Below are positions 1-11,414 of a DNA stretch of 64,000 bases, piece by piece. Position numbers and translations under genes: made by a program. The stretch's first letter is position 1, and the number at the start of each line of letters is the position of its first letter. Location of the stretch: NCBI GenBank assembly GCA_963749405.1, contig CAVVMY010000013.1, forward strand, positions 1 to 64,000. The letters run 5' to 3'. The notes below the pieces were generated by a model. That model was not told where the DNA came from, ran no database searches, and saw nothing but the letters and a program-made list of their open reading frames with translations. Source of the stretch: Candidatus Altiarchaeales archaeon. GTDB lineage: Archaea; Altiarchaeota; Altiarchaeia; IMC4; QMZM01.

Positions 1-3002
<3,002 letters not shown>

Positions 3003-3003
3003 G

Positions 3004-4823
3004 TTACACCACGTCCTGTAATTTCAGTCTTGGGGCGATGCCCATGCTCTTCATCTCGTCCAGCAGGAGCTTGAACGCGTAACTCATCTCGACCGAGTAG
3101 ATGTCGGTCTCGTTGCCGCAGGCAAGGCAGCGGGTCATGTTGCGCTTGCGGTCGAGCATGGCGACCATGCCGCAGTGGGCGCAGACATATTCGTTCACCT
3201 TGTCCGATTCATCGAGCAGGCGTTCCTTGAGTGCCATGGCGGCGCCGTGGCCGATCATGACATCCCGCTCCATCTCACCGAACCGGAGACCGCCTTCACG
3301 GGCACGGCCTTCGGTCGGCTGGCGGGTCAGGACCTGCACCGGTCCGCGGGACCGGGCGTGCATCTTGGACGAGACCATGTGGTAGAGTTTCTGGTAGTAG
3401 ATCACGCCGATGTAGACATCGGCCTTGAAGACTTTGCCGGTGATGCCGTCATACATGACCTCCCGGCCGTTGTGGGAGAAACCGAGTTTCTTTAAGGATG
3501 CACGGATATCCGCCTCGCTCTCGCCGCCGAATGCGGTGCCGTTGATGCGCCGGCCTTCGAGGGCGCCGACCTTGCCGCCGATCATCTCGAGCATGTGCCC
3601 GATGGTCATACGGCTCGGGATCGCATGGGGGTTGATGACGAGGTCGGGGGTGAGGCCGCTCTCGGTGAAGGGCATGTCTTCCTGGTGGGCGATGAGGCCG
3701 ACGACACCCTTCTGCCCGTGCCGGGACGCGAACTTGTCGCCGACTTCCGGGCACGCGGAGGTCGCGGGTCCGGACTTTCACGAGGCGGGAACTGTTCTCG
3801 CCCTCGGTGATGATGACCGTGTCGACAATGCCGTGCTCGTTGCTGCGCATCGTGACGGAGGTGTCGCGGCGCTTCTCGACCGCAATCAGTTCACCGGACG
3901 GTTCCTCGAGGAACCGCGGCGGGGAGGTCTTGCCGATCAGCACATCCTTCTCTGCGACAACGGTCTCGGGGTTGATCACGCCGTCTTCGTCAAGGTTCTT
4001 GTAGGACTCGGCACCGTGGGCACCGGCAACGTCCTCTTCGGGGACTTCGATCCGGTCGATCTGGCCGCCGGGATACCGGCGCTCTTCGCCTTCGTAGGTC
4101 CTGAAGAAGTGGGAACGGCCGAGGCCGCGCTCGATCGAGGCCTTGTTGAAGATGAGCGCATCTTCAATATTGTAGCCTTCGTACGAGAGGATGGCGACGA
4201 CGAAGTTCTGGCCTGCAGGCCGGTCGTCGGATCCGATCAGTTCCGAGGTCTGGGTGTGGGTGAGCGGTTTCTGCACGTAGTGGAGCAGGTGGCCGCGGGT
4301 GTCGGGGCGGAGCTTCATGTTCGCCGCGCCGAAACCGAGCGCCTGCTTGACCATGCCTGCGCCCATCGTGACACGCGGACTCGCATTGTGCTCGGGGAAC
4401 GGGACGTGTGCCGCACCGATACCGAGGATCAGGGAGGGGTCGATCTCGAGGTGGGTGTGGTCGGGGGTCGCGTTCTCGGGAAGTCCATGGCGATGAGGAG
4501 GTCTTCCTCCTCTTCTGCATCGATGAACTCGATCATGCCGCGCTGGACAAAGGAGGAGATATCGATCTCCTTCTTCGCGAGCTTGCTAGAGGTCCTCGTC
4601 GGTGATCAGGGGCTCGCCGTTTTTCAGGACGATGAGGGGGCGGCGCGCACGGCCGCGGTCGGTCAGGATCACGACATCGCCGTTGTATTCCTTGTGGGAG
4701 ACGTTCACTTCCGGCGAGATCGCTCCCTGCCGGCGCATGCTGCGGATATTGGCGACCAGTGCCTTCGGGTCGTCGACAAGGCCGATGAGGGCACCGTCAA
4801 CAAATACGCGTGACTTTCTTCAT
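3004..4823 (-). CDS. rpoB1: RNA polymerase subunit B' (C-terminal half of split RpoB), with several frameshifts (at start codon homopolymer, ~4366-4800, ~3700-3800)
   Basis: C-terminal ORF 3004..3675 (…[51 protein letters not shown]) and ORF 3449..4366 are RpoB' segments. Another frame at ~4600-4800 gives the B' N-terminus [40 protein letters not shown]. The ATG overlaps the B'' stop (ATGA) at 4821-4825. Confidence 0.85.
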
Positions 4824-5350
4824 CAGACCTCACCCCGGATGTGCTCGACACCAAGGTTATGCAGGATGCGCATGATCTCTTCCTCGTCATCGACACCCTT
4901 GCTGATCTCCACCATCTGGGCAAAGTTCTTGACAAGGCCGCAATTCGGCCCTTCGGGAGTCTCGCTCGGGCAGATCCGGCCCCACTGGGTCGGGTGCAGG
5001 TCACGGGCCTCGAAATGGGGCTGTGAGCGCGAGAGCGGGGAGATCACGCGGCGGAGGTGCGAGAGCACGGCCATGTGGTCGACCCGGTCGAGGAGCTGCG
5101 AGACACCGGTCCTCCCGCCCACCCAGTTGCCGGTAGCAAGCGGGTGGAGCAGGCGTTCGGTGAGCACGTCGGCACGCACTGCGGTCGCGATCGAGAGATC
5201 GCGGTGGCGCATGCTGGCGCGCTCGAGCTGGTACTTGATATCACGGGTGAGCCGGTTGAGCGAGATACGGAAGAGGTCCTCCATCAGGTCGCCCGCAAGT
5301 TTCAGCCTCTTGTTCGAGTAGTGGTCCTTGTCATCGATCCTGCGCCGGCG
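4823..5350 (-). CDS. rpoB2: RNA polymerase subunit B'' C-terminal fragment, 5'-truncated at a sequence breakpoint near 5350
   Basis: ORF 4823..5284 (…GRICPSETPEGPNCGLVKNFAQMVEISKGVDDEEEIMRILHNLGVEHIRGEV). In-frame upstream sequence RRRRIDDKDHYSNKRLKLAGDLMEDLF matches the B'' DDRDHYGNKRLKLAGDL motif and ends at an in-frame stop at ~5351. No B''-like sequence lies beyond that. Confidence 0.8.
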   Translation of the reverse strand, partial: RRRRIDDKDHYSNKRLKLAGDLMEDLFRISLNRLTRDIKYQLERASMRHRDLSIATAVRADVLTERLLHPLATGNWVGGRTGVSQLLDRVDHMAVLSHLRRVISPLSRSQPHFEARDLHPTQWGRICPSETPEGPNCGLVKNFAQMVEISKGVDDEEEIMRILHNLGVEHIRGEV

Positions 5351-5415
5351 TCATAAGCGAACTCGACTCGCAGACAGGGAATGCCCAAGCAGGCTCAACA
5401 AGCGACCTGACGGCG

Positions 5416-6474
5416 TTGAAGACGGTCTTCCAGGACAACGGAATCACTCTCTCAGACTATGCCCGCGTAGAAAAAGGCAGCGGCAAATGGTCGGTCATCG
5501 ACGGGGACAGAAATTACGACATCTACGCAGACGACAAAGGCGGACTAAACGTAATAAACATGGGCTTTGCTTCAGTCTCACTGGCAGAGGACGACTTCAA
5601 AAACGGCCTGCTACAGGTAAAGACCTTCTTCAAAGACCTGCTGATACCCATGTCACCCAATGTAGTAGAAAACAAATCAGCAGCAGACCCGGTCTGTTAC
5701 ACCATGAATATCACATTCAGGAGGCCGTCAATACTATCTGTGGAGGTGTCCCCGAGCGGGTACACGATACCTGCAGGAACACGGGTCACTGCCACCTCTA
5801 AACTCGCACTCTATGACGGAACGCCCCTGCCCAACGAGAAAATATATGTAGACTTGTCAGGGACAAATATATGGGACCTCTCGCCCCAGGGAGTGTACAA
5901 GGACTACATGTTCTCCTACGAGGAGCTAAGCAGCAGCACAGAGCAGCAGGCAAGGCTCAGAGATTATCTTATCAGTCTGGGATATCCAGACATCGCCCAG
6001 GAATTGGACGGAGCTCAATACTCTGCAGACGGCGCAGACAAGATAGAGATAACTACATCAGGTGTTGACCCGACGCTTGAAGCAGTAGACGGCGTATCCC
6101 ACCTCAAGCTCGACAATGGCCAGGACATCATAGTCGGAGTAACCGAAAACTACAACGGCAAACTACTGGTATACGAATCAGAGGAACAGAAAAGCCTCGC
6201 ATATGCGATAACGGACGCAAGCGGCATCGCCAAATACTCATTTATACCTACGGGCAGCACCTCAGTGGGCAATTCCTATCCTGGAGGAAACATATCGTCG
6301 CCTACCCAGGCCAGCGTAGGGATACACACTGTTAGCGTCAAGTCGCCTCTTTTCTCAGGGGAGTTCCTGCTCCTGGCGCTGATACTCGTATTCGGGGTGT
6401 TCTCCTACAAATACTTCGGAAGCAGGAAACTTGACTTCTATTCATGGTGGAGGGACTTCAGAGGCAGAAAATGA
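5416..6474 (+). CDS. Surface/exported protein with C-terminal transmembrane anchor and basic tail (possibly 5'-truncated by the breakpoint)
   Basis: 352-aa ORF ends GEFLLLALILVFGVFSYKYFGSRKLDFYSWWRDFRGRK, a TM plus basic tail of the archaeal C-terminal anchor type. No N-terminal signal peptide is visible and the frame stays open upstream into the rpoB'' remnant. Its stop overlaps the next gene's start (ATGA at 6471-6474). Confidence 0.5.
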   Translation: MKTVFQDNGITLSDYARVEKGSGKWSVIDGDRNYDIYADDKGGLNVINMGFASVSLAEDDFKNGLLQVKTFFKDLLIPMSPNVVENKSAADPVCYTMNITFRRPSILSVEVSPSGYTIPAGTRVTATSKLALYDGTPLPNEKIYVDLSGTNIWDLSPQGVYKDYMFSYEELSSSTEQQARLRDYLISLGYPDIAQELDGAQYSADGADKIEITTSGVDPTLEAVDGVSHLKLDNGQDIIVGVTENYNGKLLVYESEEQKSLAYAITDASGIAKYSFIPTGSTSVGNSYPGGNISSPTQASVGIHTVSVKSPLFSGEFLLLALILVFGVFSYKYFGSRKLDFYSWWRDFRGRK

Positions 6475-7808
6475 AAAACAAAATAATAACATTCCTGGTA
6501 ATAGCATTATTCTTCGCACCCTACATGCCAATACCAACGGTCGCAGCCGCGGACGCGGGAGAGCATGGAAGCACGAACCCCCTGAGCTATTATAACTACC
6601 TGAACAAGGACTGGAACGATTTCAGCGAATTCATGACTGCGGAAAACGCGGAGCATGCAAGACTCATATTGTATCTGCTCGTGCTTGGAATGTATACCTG
6701 GAACGTAACCTCAGACATCCTGCTAAACCTGCAGAACTATGTGCTCCTGAATCCCTCGCCTCTGGAGCCTTCGGTCCTGAACGTGATGAACTTTTTTATT
6801 TTCAACCTGCAGATAGCCTACATACTGGCCATCACAGCAACCGCATTCTACATAATATTCGCATCAACGCACCCCAAGAAACGCGCAAGAGCCAAGGGCA
6901 TGCTGGGAAGACTCATAATCGGAATGCTCCTCGTAAGCATATCCCCCTACCTCATCAATATATTCTTTAATTTCTCCTCAGGGCTCACGGCAACCATACT
7001 GGCCCAGACAGACAGCTCAGTCGCAGCCACGGTCTACACAGACCTGCTATGGAAAACATACTGGCCCAGCGTAGTAATAATAATGGCTCCGATGATAGGA
7101 CACTCGCTGGAATACAACACCCACCATGCGATAGAGCACGGAGTAATGCCCAACCTGGAAACACAATACGCAAAAGAACTCCAGATGGGCACCCCAAGCG
7201 AGCAAAGAGACCTTGCAGTAGAAGACCTGCTGGCCCAGGGGAATCCCGAGGCGATAATATCCGATACGGCAGACCAGATGATGAAAGACCAGCAGAGCCT
7301 CATTAAGAGTAATGCCGAGACAATGGCTCAGTCAACCGTGTGGGGGAAACTTGAGGGTGTACTGGATAGCGGACTTATCAAAATCGAGCCCAAACCTGAG
7401 CAGACCTTTGCATTTCTCATGGCCGAGATAGCGATGATATTTGCCTTGTACGGCTTCCTTGCACTGCGCTTCCTCATGCTCATGATATGGACCATACTGT
7501 TCCCGCTGAGCATATTCCTATCCACCTTCGAGCTCACAAAAGGCGTAGGCAGGAACATGATAGAGCAGACAGTATTCTGGACGATACTGCAGATATTCTA
7601 CGCCGTGAGCATAGACACCATAGCCGTAGGATTCATGATCCTGCCTTCGGGATTCAATTATTTCGGCATTGGCTTGCAGTTCGGGGGATTTGAGGTGTTC
7701 TTCGTCAGTTTCTTTTCCATAGCTGCCGCACTGCTGCTGATGCTGACTCCGATTTTGATGCTCATGCTGTCTCAGAGGTTGACGCAGATGGATTTGAATA
7801 TGGGTTAA
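6471..7808 (+). CDS. Polytopic membrane protein, paralog 1 of 5 (signal peptide, N-terminal ectodomain, ~5-6 TM)
   Basis: MKNKIITFLVIALFFAPYMPIPTVAAADAG signal peptide. Shares motifs with the next four ORFs: IAYILAITATAFYIIFASTHPKKRARAKGMLGRLIIGMLLVSISP and WTILFPLSIFLSTFELTKGVGRNMIEQTVFWTILQIFYAV. Confidence 0.75.
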   Translation: MKNKIITFLVIALFFAPYMPIPTVAAADAGEHGSTNPLSYYNYLNKDWNDFSEFMTAENAEHARLILYLLVLGMYTWNVTSDILLNLQNYVLLNPSPLEPSVLNVMNFFIFNLQIAYILAITATAFYIIFASTHPKKRARAKGMLGRLIIGMLLVSISPYLINIFFNFSSGLTATILAQTDSSVAATVYTDLLWKTYWPSVVIIMAPMIGHSLEYNTHHAIEHGVMPNLETQYAKELQMGTPSEQRDLAVEDLLAQGNPEAIISDTADQMMKDQQSLIKSNAETMAQSTVWGKLEGVLDSGLIKIEPKPEQTFAFLMAEIAMIFALYGFLALRFLMLMIWTILFPLSIFLSTFELTKGVGRNMIEQTVFWTILQIFYAVSIDTIAVGFMILPSGFNYFGIGLQFGGFEVFFVSFFSIAAALLLMLTPILMLMLSQRLTQMDLNMG

Positions 7809-7827
7809 GAGGCATAGACACAAAAAT

Positions 7828-9021
7828 ATGTCAAACAAGAAGATAGTAACCGGGTTTTTGGTATTGGTTGTAGTCTCCTGCACGTTTAGTGCCTATGCTG
7901 CGGAAGAGACAGGGGGTGGAAATATTCTTAGCGGTGTTTTTTCAACCCCGTCTGCGGAAGAGACCTTTTGGTTTGTTAAGAGGAGTTTATATGCCTTCAC
8001 ATCCCTTGACTACAGCAAGGAGGATATGGGGTTCATCGTGAATAATCTGTCAGACCTCATACTGCTGAACCCGGACGCGCAGGGGTCTGAGGTGCAGAAC
8101 GGCCTTGGATTTATCCTGGGGCTTATACAGCCGCTTTATGTCTTATCGATAGCTGCCACCGCCTTTTATCTGATATTCGTGACGGGCTCTCCTTCGGGAA
8201 GGGCGAAGGCTAAGTCTCTTATGAAAGACCTGGTGGTCGGGATGATAATCATATCTCTTTCATCCCTCCTACTGGAAGCACTTCTTAATTTCTCAGCCAC
8301 GGCAACAGATGCGGTTTTAAAACAGACTGACATCTCCGTGGTAACGGATAACCTGCAGATAGTATTCGGCTCTCCGAGTGATAAGTCGGTAACGGACGTA
8401 GCAGTCAACTCCTTGCTGAGCGAGTCATCCATGGGCTTATTGGGCGACTCAACTGCTATGCCGGATTATTTAATGTCCCATTCATGCACCCTGTGCCTTA
8501 TGCATTTGATGGCGACATTTGTTGAAATCGAATTGGGATACTATACCTTCCTTCCGTTCATGCTGATGATATGGGGGCTGGGGGTATACTTTTTCCTGCG
8601 CTTCGCCATGGTGACTCTGTGGCTTATCCTGTTCCCTCTCTCCATACTCCTATACTCTTTTGAGACTACGAAAAGCGTAGGCAGGAACATGCTTGAGCAG
8701 ACGATAATGTGGATATTCATACAGGTATTCAACGCAGTCATCGTGGTGGCAATAGCTCTATGCATAATACAGAGCAAACCCGGTTACATGACCGTTCCGG
8801 CTCTTCCTCAATGGGTATCACAGCCTCTGGCCTCTGGCCTGGTCCAGGCCGTGATGGGGGCAATACCAGTGAGCGCTGTTGGCCCGGCACAGGATGTCAC
8901 TACTCTGATTGCCGGCAAGCTCTCGATGCCGTTGGTAGAGTTCATACCCTTCGTAGGCTGCTTTGTGATGCTTATAGCACCCTTATTCATTATGAGGCTG
9001 TTCAAAGGATTCCTGCCCTGA
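7828..9021 (+). CDS. Polytopic membrane protein, paralog 2 of 5
   Basis: MSNKKIVTGFLVLVVVSCTFSAYAAEE signal peptide. Motifs LYVLSIAATAFYLIFVTGSPSGRAKAKSLMKDLVVGMIIISLSS and WLILFPLSILLYSFETTKSVGRNMLEQTIMWIFIQVFNAV. Confidence 0.75.
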   Translation: MSNKKIVTGFLVLVVVSCTFSAYAAEETGGGNILSGVFSTPSAEETFWFVKRSLYAFTSLDYSKEDMGFIVNNLSDLILLNPDAQGSEVQNGLGFILGLIQPLYVLSIAATAFYLIFVTGSPSGRAKAKSLMKDLVVGMIIISLSSLLLEALLNFSATATDAVLKQTDISVVTDNLQIVFGSPSDKSVTDVAVNSLLSESSMGLLGDSTAMPDYLMSHSCTLCLMHLMATFVEIELGYYTFLPFMLMIWGLGVYFFLRFAMVTLWLILFPLSILLYSFETTKSVGRNMLEQTIMWIFIQVFNAVIVVAIALCIIQSKPGYMTVPALPQWVSQPLASGLVQAVMGAIPVSAVGPAQDVTTLIAGKLSMPLVEFIPFVGCFVMLIAPLFIMRLFKGFLP

Positions 9022-9022
9022 A

Positions 9023-10348
9023 ATGAAAAACAAAAAAATATTCATATTGATGGCCGCAGTCGCGCTAATGATGCTAGCATCAGCCCTGGCAGCGGAAGCC
9101 CAGGATACCTCCGGGGGAACCGGCAGCGGAGGAACACCAGCATTATCTGCGCCTTCAGAAACGCCGGCATTACCCCCCGGCCCAAAACCCCTGGAGCTTC
9201 CACCGGGAGAAAGTCTCCCACAACTCCCATCAGGAGAAAGTTTTCCGCAACTCCCCTCAGGGGAAAAACCGGCTCTTCCGCCGGGCAGCCCACCCGGCTG
9301 GGAAGACCCAATCGCACAAGCGGCTGAAGGAGCTGCCGAAGCAACTGCAAAATATTTCGTCGTCGACGTCGCAGTAAGGCTGATATACCAATACAGCGTA
9401 ATGTATCCCTGGATGCTTACATACGGAGAATCCTTCTCCAACAACTACGAAAAAGCAATACTTGCAAATCCGTCGCTCCTGGACCCCTCATCCGAAGGAT
9501 ACAACCCCCTGATAACAAATGCCATCGCATTCTCCGTAAGAATCATGCTGCCCTTCTACGTCATGGCCATAGTCCTCACAGGCGCTTACATGATATTCAT
9601 TTCCAACTCCCCTGAAGCCCGGGGAGATGCAAAAAACCTCCTTAAAAGGCTAATCATCTCAATGGTCGCATTCTCCATGTCACCCCTCATAGTCGAAACA
9701 ATGCTTGCAACATCCCAAAACATATCATCAGCAATCATAAGCCAAGCCGATCCGACAAACGTAAAGATGGTCCTGGACGGAGGCATATGGGGCTCCTATA
9801 TTATATTCTGCAAACTTGGGATTACAGATCTGGAGATAGCAATCGCTTACTGGACTTCTCTATTTGTCATGGCCTGGCTCCCCTATATGGTGATAGGGAT
9901 GAGGCATATAATGATCACCTTGTTCTGCATGGCATTTCCCGTAGGAATAGCCCTCTACTCCTTTGTCTACTTAAGGAACATAGGCAGAAAGATACTCGAA
10001 CAGACAATAGTCTGGATATACCTGCAGGCATTTATTGCGGTAGCAATAGTCGTCATATCCCTTGGCGCAAGCTACTATTACATACTCCCCCCGGACCAGA
10101 ACCCCAAGCTCACCAACTTCCCAATACCCGCAGTAATGGACAAAGGCGCTCTATCACTTATACAGATGCTCGGCATAAACATCGGAGCAAGCCAGACACC
10201 TGTAACAATACCCGGCTTAGGGGTCGCACCCCCGATGGTATTCGGCATCACCTCAATCCTTTCATACGCAATCGGCGCCATGGCCTACGGACTACTCGTG
10301 GCAGTTCCGTTCATGATGCTGCGGCTGCTGAATAATTTCCTGCCTTAA
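9023..10348 (+). CDS. Polytopic membrane protein, paralog 3 of 5 (with Pro-rich repeat insert after the signal peptide)
   Basis: MKNKKIFILMAAVALMMLASALAAEA signal peptide, then PPGPKPLELPPGESLPQLPSGESFPQLPSGEKPALPPGSPPG. Motifs FYVMAIVLTGAYMIFISNSPEARGDAKNLLKRLIISMVAFSMSP and FCMAFPVGIALYSFVYLRNIGRKILEQTIVWIYLQAFIAV. Start lies 2 nt after the previous stop. Confidence 0.75.
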   Translation: MKNKKIFILMAAVALMMLASALAAEAQDTSGGTGSGGTPALSAPSETPALPPGPKPLELPPGESLPQLPSGESFPQLPSGEKPALPPGSPPGWEDPIAQAAEGAAEATAKYFVVDVAVRLIYQYSVMYPWMLTYGESFSNNYEKAILANPSLLDPSSEGYNPLITNAIAFSVRIMLPFYVMAIVLTGAYMIFISNSPEARGDAKNLLKRLIISMVAFSMSPLIVETMLATSQNISSAIISQADPTNVKMVLDGGIWGSYIIFCKLGITDLEIAIAYWTSLFVMAWLPYMVIGMRHIMITLFCMAFPVGIALYSFVYLRNIGRKILEQTIVWIYLQAFIAVAIVVISLGASYYYILPPDQNPKLTNFPIPAVMDKGALSLIQMLGINIGASQTPVTIPGLGVAPPMVFGITSILSYAIGAMAYGLLVAVPFMMLRLLNNFLP

Positions 10349-10354
10349 GAAAGA

Positions 10355-11410
10355 ATGGAAAAACAAAAACAAAAAATCATAGCATTAATGATAATCGGAA
10401 TGCTGATACTCCTGCCCTGGGTATACGCAGAAGAAGACGACGAGGACACGGAAGACGAGGGAGGGTCATTATCACAGATAGCCGGCGCAGAAACAGTCAA
10501 GCTGTTAGCCAAGGCATGGATAGACGGCGCAGCAGGAGACCTATACGACGTCCTGGCAAAGATCACAGGCCAGCTGCGGGAATACATAACGGCAAATCCG
10601 CCCATGAACGACATAAAGCGGATACAGGCCTTCTTCATAGGACTCATGCAGCCCTTCTTCATACTTGGAATAGTTCTCAGTTCCGCATATCTCCTGCTGT
10701 ACTCGGAATCCCCGAGGGGGAGAGCCAAGTCCAAAGCAGCCCTTGTAAGACTCATATACGCACTCATACTTGTCTCCATATCCCCCCTGATAATATGGCT
10801 GCTTCTGACCTTTTCTTCGAGCCTGACAAATGCGATACTGGACAACACCGACCTCTATTACGCAGGGCAGGTAATATATGTCGGAGCCCATTATATGTTC
10901 AATATGTTCTTCTGGCTAACCATGATACATCGTACCGGAGGAGTAGAACTACTACTGCTCTGGGAAACATTCATGCTAATCATAAACTTTGTAATAGCCA
11001 TGAGATACCTCCTCGTAATACTCTGGTGCGTCATGTTCCCTGTAAGCCTTCTCTTGTTCTCTTTCACACCTACAAAAACCATAGGAAAAAAATTCCTACA
11101 CCAGACATTCCTATGGACATTCGTACAAGTAGGCTGGGCCCTCGCAATCATGCTCATATGCGCATCAGTCAAAGGAATGGACGCAGTAATGCCCGGCTAC
11201 CCCATCGGAAAGATCGGCATCACCTGCATATTCCTGTTCCTTGCAACCCCAAGGGTGGTATTCGGGCTGATGGACTGGCTGAGCCTCGGCGTAGAGGTAG
11301 TGGAGATAGTAAACGCAGCGCCGCTGTCGATGGGCGCGCTCACATTGGACGAGATGAAGGTCGAAAGAGAGGTCATCCTGGAAGAGCCCTCGCTGGAGGG
11401 CGTATTATAA
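10355..11410 (+). CDS. Polytopic membrane protein, paralog 4 of 5
   Basis: MEKQKQKIIALMIIGMLILLPWVYAEEDDEDTEDEGG signal peptide. Motifs FFILGIVLSSAYLLLYSESPRGRAKSKAALVRLIYALILVSISP and WCVMFPVSLLLFSFTPTKTIGKKFLHQTFLWTFVQVGWAL. Confidence 0.75.
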   Translation: MEKQKQKIIALMIIGMLILLPWVYAEEDDEDTEDEGGSLSQIAGAETVKLLAKAWIDGAAGDLYDVLAKITGQLREYITANPPMNDIKRIQAFFIGLMQPFFILGIVLSSAYLLLYSESPRGRAKSKAALVRLIYALILVSISPLIIWLLLTFSSSLTNAILDNTDLYYAGQVIYVGAHYMFNMFFWLTMIHRTGGVELLLLWETFMLIINFVIAMRYLLVILWCVMFPVSLLLFSFTPTKTIGKKFLHQTFLWTFVQVGWALAIMLICASVKGMDAVMPGYPIGKIGITCIFLFLATPRVVFGLMDWLSLGVEVVEIVNAAPLSMGALTLDEMKVEREVILEEPSLEGVL

Positions 11411-11414
11411 GACC

